Of a stretch of 64,000 nt of DNA, positions 47,746 through 60,121 are shown piece after piece. Within the stretch, counting starts at the first letter, position 1. The number at the start of each line of letters is the position of its first letter. Origin of the DNA: Asterias rubens (lineage: Eukaryota); assembly GCF_902459465.1 (NCBI RefSeq), contig NC_047066.1, positions 11,160,001 through 11,224,000 of the forward strand, in the 5' to 3' direction. The position numbers and the translations under genes were made by a program. The notes below the pieces were generated by a model that saw only the letters and a list, made by a program, of their open reading frames with translations, had not been told where the DNA came from and did not search any database.

Positions 47746-48702
47746 CTATAAAGATCACTGACAAACATATGACATTGACTATAAAGATCACTGACAAACA
47801 TATGACATTGACTATAAAGATCACTGACAAACATATGACATTGACTATAAAGATCACTGACAAACATATGACATTGACTATAAAGATCACTGACAAACAT
47901 ATGACATTGACTATAAAGATCACTGACACACATATGACATTGACTATAAAGATCACTGACAAACATATGACATTGACTATAAAGATCACTGACAAACATA
48001 TGACATTGACTATAAAGATCACTGACAAACATATGACATTGACTATAAAGATCACTGACAAACATATGACATTGACTATAAAGATCACTGACAAACATAT
48101 GACATTGACTATAAAGATCACTGACACACATATGACATTGACTATAAAGATCACTGACAAACATATGACATTGACTATAAAGATCACTGACAAACATATG
48201 ACATTGACTATAAAGATCACTGACAAACATATGACATTGACTATAAAGATCACTGACAAACATATGACATTGACTATAAAGATCACTGACAAACATATGA
48301 CATTGACTATAAAGATCACTGACAAACATATGACATTGACTATAAAGATCACTGACAAACATATGACATTGACTATAAAGATCACTGACAAACATATGAC
48401 ATTGACTATAAAGATCACTGACAAACATATGACATTGACTATAAAGATCACTGACAAACATATGACATTGACTATAAAGATCACTGACACACATATGACA
48501 TTGACTATAAAGATCACTGACAAACATATGACATTGACTATAAAGATCACTGACAAACATATGACATTGACTATAAAGATCACTGACAAACATATGACAT
48601 TGACTATAAAGATCACTGACAAACATATGACATTGACTATAAAGATCACTGACAAACATATGACATTGACTATAAAGATCACTGACAAACATATGACATT
48701 GA
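47746..48702 (+). repeat. 33-bp minisatellite, 29 units
   Basis: Unit CTATAAAGATCACTGACAAACATATGACATTGA. 957 bp = 29 x 33. A>C variant in units 6, 12 and 23. Confidence 0.97.
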
Positions 48703-50853
48703 CATGTATTAGAATGAATATCAAGCTGATGATAGCATATTTTTGTGTTTGTAATAAATGATAAAAAAAAATTAAACAAAATTGTATTTCCCTGGTTTCT
48801 TATTCGATAAAAACTGAGCGAAACAAAATTGCTAATAATATTATTTGATGTTTTACTATTTGAGAATTAGGGCAGATCAAGATTCCAAATATAACCAATC
48901 AATAGTCAACTTGTAGACATACTTTTATGATGATCATAAGGGGCAAGAAATTTCAGACTTAATTACGAAAACATTTTGGAAAAACACCCGTTATTTTCGG
49001 AAGATATGAAGAAATATTGCTCCTTGATCTACGCCGCTGTACTTTTATACTGAGTTAAAAGTTACTCAAAATGCCTATTCGAAGCTTCTGTACTTCTATA
49101 CCAAGAAGCTGTTATTTCCATTAATTTTCAGAGTCATTACCAAACGTATGCATGCCATCAGTGATGCTTTTATAATTATTGATTATTTGAAAAACGCCTT
49201 TCATGTCACAGACACCACAAAGCGCTGCAAAGCTAAAACCAAGAAAAATACAGAAAATGTAAGTAAAACCAGAAGAAACAGTTGTTACTATAGTAATACC
49301 TTTAATAACAGCGGCATTTGGAACCGTTCCCGGTCATTTTCACACAGTAAGCAAATCAATCTTGTCTGCCGTGACGCAAATTATAAACCCGTATTCAATG
49401 GGAACTTATTGATGAAGTGGAAGAGAGCTGGACAAGAAAAACAAGGGATGTTTTCTTCTGAGCCAGTTCTATTTTGATTGATTTACGAACCTTACTTGTC
49501 CAGACGCATGTAATCAAAAAATCAGCATGAACAAAAAGTGTAACAGTGAAAGTGGATGTACTTTTTATCACAAATTTAACGGGCACTACTGACGGATGAG
49601 CTTCCTTTCTATTTTTACAGTACCTGTTCCCGTTATAATGTGCGGAACGATATCTCTTAACCCATTACTTGGTGCTTGATATGGCATGGTGTACCCCCCC
49701 CCCTCATATATGTACCTAAATTGGTCGTCGAAGTTGCGAGATAAATGGCAGAAAAAAACACCCTTGTCACACGAAGTTGTGTACTTTCTTGATTTCGAGA
49801 CCTCATACGCGTATACGGTCTCGAAATCAATTCGAGTATTTTTCTGAGAAATTTCTTCAAAAACTACGTCAAATCAGAGGGTGCCGTTCGACATATTATT
49901 CAGAAAGTTACCATCCTGTGACAATTATAGGAATATCGACATCGGACGTTTCAGGATGTTGTCATGTCGAGATAATTTATCTCAGGAGGTTGACATCTTA
50001 ACTACGTTTGACGTCATTTTCTTTTCATTTAATTTTTCATTACGAGACATTTATTTCCATTCCAACAGAACAAAATAACAATATCAAGGAACAGTATAGA
50101 GGAAAATTGGAAATGGGGGCGAAGCCAGAAAAGCTTAAAATTGTGGTAGGCATTCCCAGACAACTAAAAACACAACGGACTAATTGCAAGGGTCGTGGGT
50201 TCGAATCCCACCCGGGTAATATGCCTGTGATACTTTTTCACAGGACTTGGGAAGTACTGAGTATACAGTGCTAACAAACATCGGTGTATGGGTAAAAACC
50301 AAATACAACGGACTAACATGAACATTAACAAGTATAGTGATTGGTACTAAATTTAACTGATACAAGACAGACTCTATGAGTGAATAAGTGATCTCATTAA
50401 ATCGGATGGCACTTCCCGAGCTCCGTATCTATGATATTAAAGGATAATATTATTTTGAGCAATAGATTTATCTTAATTGAGACCGAGGTGTTGAAGCAGA
50501 GAGATGATTGGTGATGGGGCGGCCCCATGGGGTCTCCTTTGAGGCATGATGTTGGGGGTCGGTGGCCTACAGTGATCATGGTTCATTAGGCAGACTGTCG
50601 GGTCATAAGTGTCGTCTTGCTTGTGATTTGAAGTCGTGATACTCTACGGAGATACCATAAATTTACTTAAAGGTTTGAAGTAACACCTAAGCTTGCTTCA
50701 ATATCAAAAGAAAACAGTTTAGTTAAGTTTGTCATCCCATCATCCACATCATGAGAAGCTAATTATTGGATTCCTCGCATGGAAACAAATGTATAACTGT
50801 TAGCGCCGGGGCAGGTGGGTTCCCCCGTTCGTTATTCGTTATCTTTGAAAACC

Positions 50854-51216
50854 TTAAAGCAATTGGACACTTTCAGTATACAGTTTTGTCCAAGGCCCAC
50901 ACTTCGTGTACCACAACGTACATGTACATATAAAATAACAAACCTGTGAAAATTTAGGCTCAATCAGTCATCGGAGTCGGGAGAAAATGACGGGAAAACC
51001 TACCCTTGTTTCCCTACGTTTCGCCGTGTCGTGCATGACATGTGTTTAAAATAAATCCTTAATTCTCGCTATTGTTTTAATGTTTTCTCAAAAAGTAAAG
51101 CATTTCATGGAATAATATTTCAAGATGAGTCTTTCCTTCTGTAAACCCTGTAAATTATTTGTAAATCTGTGAACTTCTAATTTTTTTTCTGGACCGAAAG
51201 TGTATCATGACTTTAA
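50854..51216. mobile_element. TTAA-type MITE family C
   Basis: TTAAAGCAATTGGACACTTTC...CGAAAGTGTATCATGACTTTAA. Confidence 0.8.
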
Positions 51217-53298
51217 GCACCATTGGCATGATCATCTTAGGCCGATTTCTCACGATAGCGAGCGGACCTTAAAGTGGACATTATCCTCATAGTCGAGTTG
51301 GTGACACTGCTCATTCCCACTGCATGCAGCCTACACATTTTAAATCGGATATCAACACTTTCCAATGGGAGACCACAAAGGTTTCGGCTATGGCTTCGAA
51401 CCGGATCGATGAAGAGTATTTGGTCTCTGTAGTCAACGTTTACAGCCGTAGTCAAGTCGCTTGTTTTTGGACGGCCTCAGATTGTGCGTGGTAGTATGGC
51501 GGGAATCTATAGGGTCGTAGCACGTGGGTGTTAACGGGTTGTGTTGAATTTACCCACCCCAATAGGCCATATGCTCAATACCGCCATCTTAAAAGTACCC
51601 CAAGCTGACATACAAGATGGACGCCATGCTGATATTGTAACGGATAGAAACAATATATGCATTTTTGTCTTCACAATAATCATAACAGCATGCAAACTGA
51701 AATGCAACTATATATACAGAGCTATAAAACCACACCATGAGGACCGCATTTAAAATTAGCGCCCCGTGATCTCACCCAGAATCCTTTGTGTGCCGATCAT
51801 GCGCATTGTGACATTTACACTGGTCACTCCATGTAATGTAATTGTGTATGCTACTATCCTTATTATAAACCATCATCGGATGGCTCAAGTTCATTCTAAG
51901 TCACAGCGATTTCATTCTCTTATTATTCATGAGAGTGTTTGATTTTACAATTATTAGTCTAGTGCCGACAACAACGGTCCCCCTCTCGCCACCACATTTA
52001 AGAAGAAGGGTGAACAAAGTGCCGTGAGAGTCTCTCTGAGATTGGCAGTCAATTATTTAGCAGTTATTTTTTTAATAATGTAAATCTGGTGGGAACGTCT
52101 TCACTCAGGAATGACGCATGATTACCAGTGGTTCATCTAAGCCCCCCCCCCCCCCCCCCCCGTCGTTGTTGGATGTCGGCTCGATTCAAGTTGGGTTCGA
52201 GCTGGTCCATTATGGGAGGAAATTAAATAGACGGAATTGTGCTCCAGTAGGTGTCTGTGGATGTGCACTTTAAATGCAGGCGATTCTGGGGGCGTGTTTT
52301 CACTGTGTTTATAAATTAACCATTTTTAAAGGGAAGTTTAGAGAGGCATTTGGGAAATAAATACCCCCCACCCATGATCGGTACAGAATGTGATGGGGAG
52401 TTCCATCAAGTACCTTTTTAACGGGAGTATCTGCTTGCCCCCTCTCAACCCAAACACCCTTTCCGGAACTGGTATGTTTATTCCTGCTATTGTTGTTCGA
52501 TCCAACATTCCCTTTTCTGAAGTTCTCTGTGGGGCACGACTACACCAAACAAACCAGTGTGATGAACACTCTTTCTTTTATCATGTACGGTCACATTCGC
52601 ACGGCCACATTAATGATAAACACTAATTTTCCGACGCCCATACAAATGGTGTTTTCGTAATGCAAAACTTAAACTGAAACCTTACCTATACACACTAACC
52701 CTCTATAGCGCAGAGATCACATGAGGATTATCAGTACATGCTTGTTTGGAACACTATATATACGCTCTGAAAACTAACGGGTCAGAATTGACCCGGATTC
52801 GGAGTCCAATGGAGCTCAGGAGCTTGACGCATTCTGTGAGTAATTTTGCGGATAGTAGGCTTTGGTATCAAACATCAGAAGCTTATATAATGGTATAGAG
52901 CAGAAAACAACACGAGGCTAACAAAATGTTTCTTGGGGTTGGGTGATGTGGGGGAGGGGGGGGGGGCTTCATCACAACCTCCAATACACAACCCCTTTAA
53001 AAACATTTACCGTCTACCTATAAAGACAACCGGGATGAACTTCCCTCCCGTACACGGAGTCGTAGCTTGAAGGTGAGGGCCAGACATCAAACAGAAATCA
53101 GGAAGTGTTAGAGATGGAAATGTGGTCATTCATCAACGAAATCCATTAGTAATCATGAACGCCTTCGTCCCCGTCGAGCTTACCACGATTGCCCCAGCTG
53201 CGCACTGAACGCCACACAGAACGCCACACAGTTTGATTGGTAGAGGAGGGGTGTTGAAAACCCCAGAACCAAAGCGCAGGCTGTCAGCAAGACATTTG

Positions 53299-53538
53299 GG
53301 TCCAATTTCATAGAGCTGCTAAGCACAAACATTTGCTTAGCATGACATTTCTTCCTTGATAAAAACAGGATTACCAATCAAACTTCCACGTGGTTTTCAT
53401 GATTTAAGCAAGCAACAGCTGAATACCAAACAAGCAATATGCAACAAATGGAAATTTGGTTGGTAATCCTGTATTTATCAAGGAAAAAATGTCATGCTAA
53501 GCAAATTGTTGTGCTTATCAGCTCCATGAAATGAGGCC
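53299..53538. mobile_element. PIF/Harbinger-like MITE (same family as 37546)
   Basis: GGTCCAATTTCATAGAGCTGCTAAGCAC...CAGCTCCATGAAATGAGGCC, CTG on the right flank. Confidence 0.72.
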
Positions 53539-54021
53539 CTGGAAGCCATGCTACAAAACATTTTTGTAAGGTTATGGTCTGTGATGTCTGTGATGTCTGT
53601 TCGTCTTAACAATTTTGTGGACAATGACTGAACGTTGTTAGCCCCTAAAAAACACCCACAAAAACTACATAACTCTAGGTCCCAATGCCCCATTCTAGAA
53701 TATGGATTAGTCCAGTCTGGGATACCAAGGACTTGACTCCCACACAGGGCATTGCACTGTTGAGAAACCGGTGGAATACATGACTTTAGTGTTTCCAACT
53801 TTCACTTATTATAATGGTTTTCAACAACACAACCTAGAGTATGGAAAGCACTCAAGAATACTGTAGCGGAAGGGGTGATCTGGTAGACTTTACTTGGCTT
53901 TTAGTGCAAGATGAAACGATGCCTTGGAACACTGTAGGCCGTGTCACCGAACATATTAACAAAAAGCTTTTAAATTTACACCCCTTGAAGCCCTTTCCTT
54001 TCTAGAGTTTTAGTTTGAAGT

Positions 54022-54375
54022 TTAAAGCCACGCTAGACACTATTGGTAATTGTCAAAAACAGTCTTCTTACTTGGTGTATCTATAACCATGTAATAACAA
54101 ACTTGTGAAAATTTGAGCTCAATCGGTCATCAAAGTTGCAAGATAATATTGAAAGGAAAAACACCTTTGTCACATGAAGTTGTGTGCACCTCAAGTTCTA
54201 AATCTGAGGTCTCGAAATCAAATTCGTGGAAAATTACTTCTTTCTCGAAAACTACGTTATACTTCAGAGGGAGCCGTTTCTAACAATGGTGTATATTGTA
54301 AACAACTCTCCATTACTCAATACCAAGTAAGGTTTTATGCCAATAATTATTACCAATAGCGTCCACTGCCTTTAA
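54022..54375. mobile_element. Kolobok-like MITE family A
   Basis: Family A body; right TIR intact. Confidence 0.78.
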
Positions 54376-55048
54376 CTATCATGTGCCTAGTTTCATTCGA
54401 TGTGAGTGAACTGCAGTCAATAATCCGGTCACTCTTCCAGACGTATGGTAGTCTTAATTCTCAACGCTAATTTGTGTGTCAGTAACCGGTAGAGGGCGCA
54501 GGATCAACTGGCTCTGAGGGGACAAGCCTACGAATCTGGTTTAAAATCAGGGGCTCCAGGCTCCGTCTTATGACCGAACATGACTGAACAACTGTGTGCT
54601 CGCTGCTCTAAACTCCAGACTTCCAAACAGAGCCAAAAAGCATTGGTTTGTTTTGATCGAGATATTTGTTTGATACAAATATCTCTTCTCCAACTCATGT
54701 GGTGATATCAGCGACTACATTAAGTAAAACAAACGTCGCCATTCAAGACTATAAGGATTTAAACTGTGTTATTAATACGCAAATTATGTCAACGACCGAG
54801 ACACAAAATGCACATGTGGCATCGGTGTACATTTGAGAGCAGTACTGACCAATTGAGTGCGAGATGCCCACGTGTTCAGAATAAACGACTACCAACATGA
54901 ACATAGTTCAGTCACCCATGTCACCAACCCAAGTCATGGATGCTCATACTTTTCAAAAGGGTGTCAACAGCACTCCACAACCACAAGTAGCTACGCCTGA
55001 GGCTCTTTCACACGATGACGCCATTTTGCAATGATTCCGTGAGTTCAT

Positions 55049-55232
55049 GGCCTTTTCGAATCCACGACCTCGACTTCGAATTTTGCATTAGGCCGGCTCG
55101 GTAACAGCGTTCTCTCGTCTGAAGCCCTGATCGAGTGCGTATGCAAAGCACGCGCAAAAGTTGTGAAAACAACAGCGGGGCCACGCTAGTCTCCGCCGAG
55201 TCCAAAACCGAATACGTGGTTTCGAAATGGCC
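55049..55232. mobile_element. Short MITE (GGCC termini)
   Basis: GGCCTTTTCGAATCCACG / CGTGGTTTCGAAATGGCC (18 bp, 2 mismatches). Confidence 0.6.
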
Positions 55233-57209
55233 CATGTTGGTTTCTCACGTCCAGGTTTTCTCTAATATTATTGAAAGGCAGACAGTTCCTCTGAGCAATT
55301 GTTACTCATCCGATTCAGTTTTTATTTTGAGAACGAGGGTGAGTCTGTCTTGGACCAAGGCTCGCCAGCATTCATCATAGAGCGCCCCATAGTGTTCGAT
55401 ACCAGAATATGAAAATTTTGTCACAAGAGTCGATCCTTAAAACAAGACATGTTTGCAGCTATAGTTATCATTTGATTTGTCAGCCTCAAACGAAAGAGCA
55501 GATTTTCCACGGGTATTCAAAACTCTGTCCAACTGCAGTTAGATACTGACGCCTTCATTTTTTGTTATTACCTATAAACAGGTGTAGCGCCCTCAATCTA
55601 ATATGATTTTCTTGTTGTATGTGTTTTTTAATTTCTTTGCAGAAATATTGTATTTGTATTGTTCAGTTGGTACCTTCTTGATTTTGTTTTAATTGGTGGG
55701 GAATTTTTGCACTAAAATTATGTTATATAATTTTCAGTTGATTTTTTTTTAAAGATTTTTACTTACACTTAAGGGTTAATTCGAGGAGTTTGGCTTACAG
55801 CCCCGGGAGTTATCTCAATCCGGTCAAAATCTGTTCAGAACATGAATTGTAACATTTCTCAAAGATTCCAATCTCGGAAATGCAATTTTAACTGAGCACC
55901 AACAAGCAAGTTTCACATAACAGCAAAATAAGATATAACACAATATCTGAAGATGTTTTGTGTGATAGTCATAATTAGTTCAAATTCTCCCGCGCAAACC
56001 TAACTAAAAGACAATGATTAAAAAAGTACGCTGTCCTGAAATAAGCTTTCATCTTTTAATAGTTTTCCCCACAATATGATGGTGAATATTATTTACATTA
56101 ATTATTGTGATATTGTGCAATCTTACCTCTAGTTTGGAATAACATTAATAGTCCGAGTTGCGTGGTTTTTGTTTAACCACGCTTCATTGCGACGCTCCCC
56201 TTGGATAGACGAGGTTTTGCCCCGTCGCATTCGCAGCTCTGATGCCGACCAAGTCATTGCTTTGGCGCGCTGACAAACGTGCGGGTTTATTAGGCCTACA
56301 CTTAACATCACGACAACGTACACTGTTTTTAAGGATGGTTGCATTCTGGGTGCGCTGCAAATGCCCAGCTAAGACAATTGACCAACACGCCACAACAAGC
56401 ACGCTGTTGTTTTAACAGTGAGGGGTTCCCTGAATGGAACGAACCATCAGTTCTTACAACTATCGATATTCTGAAGGGATTTGGAGTTGGAAAGTTCTTT
56501 GTTCACTGTTTCTTACGTCATGAAGTTGATGGTTTCAAACTTTAACTGTGTCTACGAACAATGACTTACACCCTTTAGCGTGACTGCGGGAACTGGCGGC
56601 GAGTTACCGGGAATGTTTAGCTGTCTCTACAACACATTCATGACTATGAATACGATTAGGCACCAACAAAAGACACTCGGGGAATGTTAAAGTTTCCAGT
56701 GGGACATAAAAGTGATCAATTAATGTGACAACATGAAAATACATTGCAGGATTCTTTGATAAGGTAAATCGCCGACAAATTTGATGCTGACGTTAACTGA
56801 GAAATGTGTGGGTTGTTTTACGAAACTGGAATCAACTCTGGATGTGGGTGACTTACGAAACTGATAGCATCTGTGTACTGATGATTAATACCATAAGACG
56901 CGCGAAATTTATTTGTGCAGTGTTGGATCGTACGTAAAAAGAGAAGTGAACGTATGGTAAAATCAACTCTGCGGTTGATAAAACCATAATTGAAATGTAT
57001 ATCGCTTCTTCAAAGGCGTAAATAACGTCTGCTTAAAAGACTAGCCGTTTTCTTAATCCCATTGAAACGGTGGAAAATCTCAGTGCAGTGAAGTTATTTA
57101 AACGTGTGCTGAGGAGCCGGTACGGGAGGACGTTTCGTCGTAGACTTAGTCTACCTTCAACAGGCGTTTTTGGTGAACTCACAGCGGGTGGACGTGCTAC
57201 AAAGCAAAG

Positions 57210-57376
57210 ATGGGTAAAGGATTGGGGAATTTTGGGTCTAGGGTGGGTGCTTTCGTGGGGATGATGTCGGATCAGTTTTTCGACTACGACACGCCAAAGA
57301 TGGTGCAGATAAAGAGTAAGAAGGTCGGTCTTATCAACAGGGTGGTACAGATTTGCGTCATCGCCTACGTTGTTGT
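57210..57376 (+). CDS. P2RX: P2X purinoceptor gene B, first coding exon only
   Basis: MGKGLGNFGSRVGAFVGMMSDQFFDYDTPKMVQIKSKKVGLINRVVQICVIAYVV then GT|GTGAGT, same phase-2 junction as gene A exon 1. In-frame TGA upstream. Exon 2 not found in the window. Confidence 0.85.
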
Positions 57377-57652
57377 GTGAGTAGGAAACCACTTTTTCTT
57401 TTGCCGTAGTCTGTCCGTCATTGTTCTTTCTTTTACGTAAATGAGATACCGCTTTTGGAAGTAATCGGTGCATAATATTGGCAGTCGACTATGCAAAAAC
57501 GTCCGGTGTTAGATTTTTGAGAATATTATCTAGGCTGTAATGATTGTAAAGGACCGATTATGTGAGTGTAGGACTAAACCACTTTGCATTGTCTTTTGCT
57601 GGTTGTTCAGTGTTGTAAAGTATGTTCGTCATTTTCTCATTCTCACTCATTG

Positions 57653-58035
57653 TTAAAGGCAGTGGACAATTGGTAATTGTCAAAGACTATCCTTGACAGT
57701 TTGTGTATCTTAACATATGCATAAAATAACATACCTGTGAAAATTTGAGCTCAATCGGTCATCGAACTTGCGAGATAATAATGAAAGAAAAAACACCCTT
57801 GTCACACGAAGTTGTGTGCGTTTAGATGGTTGATTTCGAGACCTCAAGTTCTAAATCTGAGGTCTCCAAATCAAATTCGTGAACAATTACTTCTTTTTCG
57901 AAAACTATGGCACTTCAGAGGGAGCGTTTCTCACAATGTTTTATACCATCAACCTCTCCCCATTACTCGTCACCAAGAAAGGTTTTATGCTAACAATTAT
58001 TTTGAGTAATTACCAATAGTGTCCACTGCCATTAA
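57653..58035. mobile_element. Kolobok-like MITE family A in P2X-B intron 1
   Basis: TTAA-flanked TIRs. Confidence 0.85.
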
Positions 58036-59451
58036 TGTAGCATTTCTGTATCCGATTGCAACTTTACCCAATATGAAATAAAACAGTATATTGCTTATTC
58101 AAATGATATAGAGCTTTTGGTAGGCCAGTAATCAGTGACAAAATGACAGTCGGGTATTAATTTCAACAAAACCTCCAGAAAACGGAGATGAAAAAAATTC
58201 ATAACATGAACACATAACTATGGAAAATGATCACCCTGACAGTACCAAATCCCATTAATGCCTTGTCTCACCATAGCAGAATATTTAGATTAATTTGTAT
58301 TCGTGTGAAAACAACTATGTTACAAACCAAACTCCACAAAATTTGTGTATGATCTGACGAAATCCATAGTGAGTACTGAATTAATAAACACAACGTCCGG
58401 CTCATTGTACCAAAACCCGCCATTGGCCCAAACATTGGCCCAAACAAAGCAGTTCCAATTCGTTCGTTATCGCGTCTGGTCGGGTCGCGGATTTCCGGCC
58501 CACAGCCAGATGGTATCTCCAAATTGATGTCATTGCCGCAGCTTGCTTGAAAACGCTACAATTAAATTTAAACTACTTTAAGAAAACTGCATCTCAGTGT
58601 CTTAAAGACGAAATTAACGCATAAATTGTAACTTATCGGGATAAATTAGTTTCATTCTTCCTGAAAGCTCACTCTCTGTATACATGTTTGTTCATTTTAG
58701 CCTTCGAGAAAGACTCTGCCTATATACACCACAACGTCAGGCCGTTAACTATTTCTGTATATACCATCATCATTCCTTAGAGAAATATTTTCGTCTTGAA
58801 ATACTGAAATCATATTTTTATTTGGCAGTAAAGACCCAACAAATTACTATTCTTTAGTATTTCGATTGTGGCGATCGAAATAAGTTCAACACTTCCCTTG
58901 AAATACTAAAATTGATGAATAAGCACCCATGTGAAATAAGCTTGATAATGGCATGCAAATAAACCTCTCACAGTGCATATTAAACCGTCGTTCGCTGTTT
59001 TAACCCTCAAATGTGATGACTGAATTTAATGATATTTTCACAGGTTGGATGAATGGTGTGAAAACTGAAAACTAGATGATTGGATGTTAGAAACTTTACC
59101 CTTTGAAGTCATGTATTTTTTAGCATTTTTTTCACCATCAAAATTGAAAGCACGCATATCTGTGCAACTAGGGTTTTATTTTTCATTTATTGCAACTTCG
59201 ATGACCTTTTGAGCCCAAAATGTCACATCTATGTTGTATTATGAATCCAAATTAGCAAACTGGTCTGTGGTGACAATTTACAATGACCAGTCTTTAATGT
59301 AGTTTCATTATGCGAAACATACACTGTTATTAAGGTGAAGATATTGCGCTTGGATGCTCGAAGTCGATACCGACTTTAGCTTTCCGATTATCACCCGAAC
59401 CTTCAATAAGTAATCCTGTCCATTGATTATGAAAACTACACCGTGTCACCG

Positions 59452-59702
59452 TTAAAGGCACCGATACTATTGACAATTACTCAAAATAATTGTTAGCATA
59501 AAAACGTATCGATAAGGAGCAGTGGATAATAAAACATTGTGAAAAAGGCTCCCTCTGAAGTAACGTAGTTTTTGAAAAAAGGGATGTTTCTCACTCAAAT
59601 ATTTAAAGACTTCAATCGAGTCCAAATTTATACAGATTTGTTACTTTGGGGGGGGGGGGGATACACCAAGTAAGAAAACTGGTCTTTGTCAGGTGCCTTT
59701 AA
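59452..59702. mobile_element. Kolobok-like MITE family A, deleted derivative
   Basis: TTAAAGGCACC...GGTGCCTTTAA with a shortened family A body. Confidence 0.65.
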
Positions 59703-59735
59703 AGGGAACGTATAAATTGGTAATCACTCTTACAA

Positions 59736-60121
59736 TTAAAGACACTGGATACTATTGGTAATTGTCAAAGACCAGCCTTCACAGTTGGTGTATCTCAATA
59801 TTATGCATAGAATAACAAACCTGTGAAAATTTGAGATCAATCGGTTGTCGAAGTTGCGATATAATAATGAAAGAAAAACACCCTTATCACACGAAGTTGT
59901 GTGCGTTTAGATGGTTGATTTCGAGACATCAAGTTCTAAATCTGAGGTCTCGAAATAAAATTCGTGGAAAATTACTTCTTTCTCGAACACTACTCCACTT
60001 CAGAGGGAGCCGTTTCTCACAATGTCTTTTACTACCAACCTCTCCCCATTACTCATTACCAAGTAAAGTTTTATGCTAATAATTATTTTGAGTAATTACC
60101 AATAGTGTCCACTGCCTTTAA
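59736..60121. mobile_element. Kolobok-like MITE family A
   Basis: TTAA-flanked TIRs. Confidence 0.85.

Noticed and set aside
47718-48779. Three long ORFs (328-353 aa) or a CRISPR-like array
   Set aside because: These are translations of a 33-bp minisatellite. There are no unique spacers, so it is not CRISPR.
49130-49600. Exon-like splice signals and ORFs on both strands
   Set aside because: No recognisable protein motif and no consistent partner exons.
52142-52161. Long C/G homopolymers (also near 52957 and 59647) as G-quadruplex signals
   Set aside because: Simple mononucleotide runs, prone to length error, with no supporting context.
7489-60079. Many 60-100 aa ORFs with recurring text such as [18 protein letters not shown] or [10 protein letters not shown]
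   Set aside because: They are translations of non-coding MITE family A, with stops and frameshifts differing between copies.
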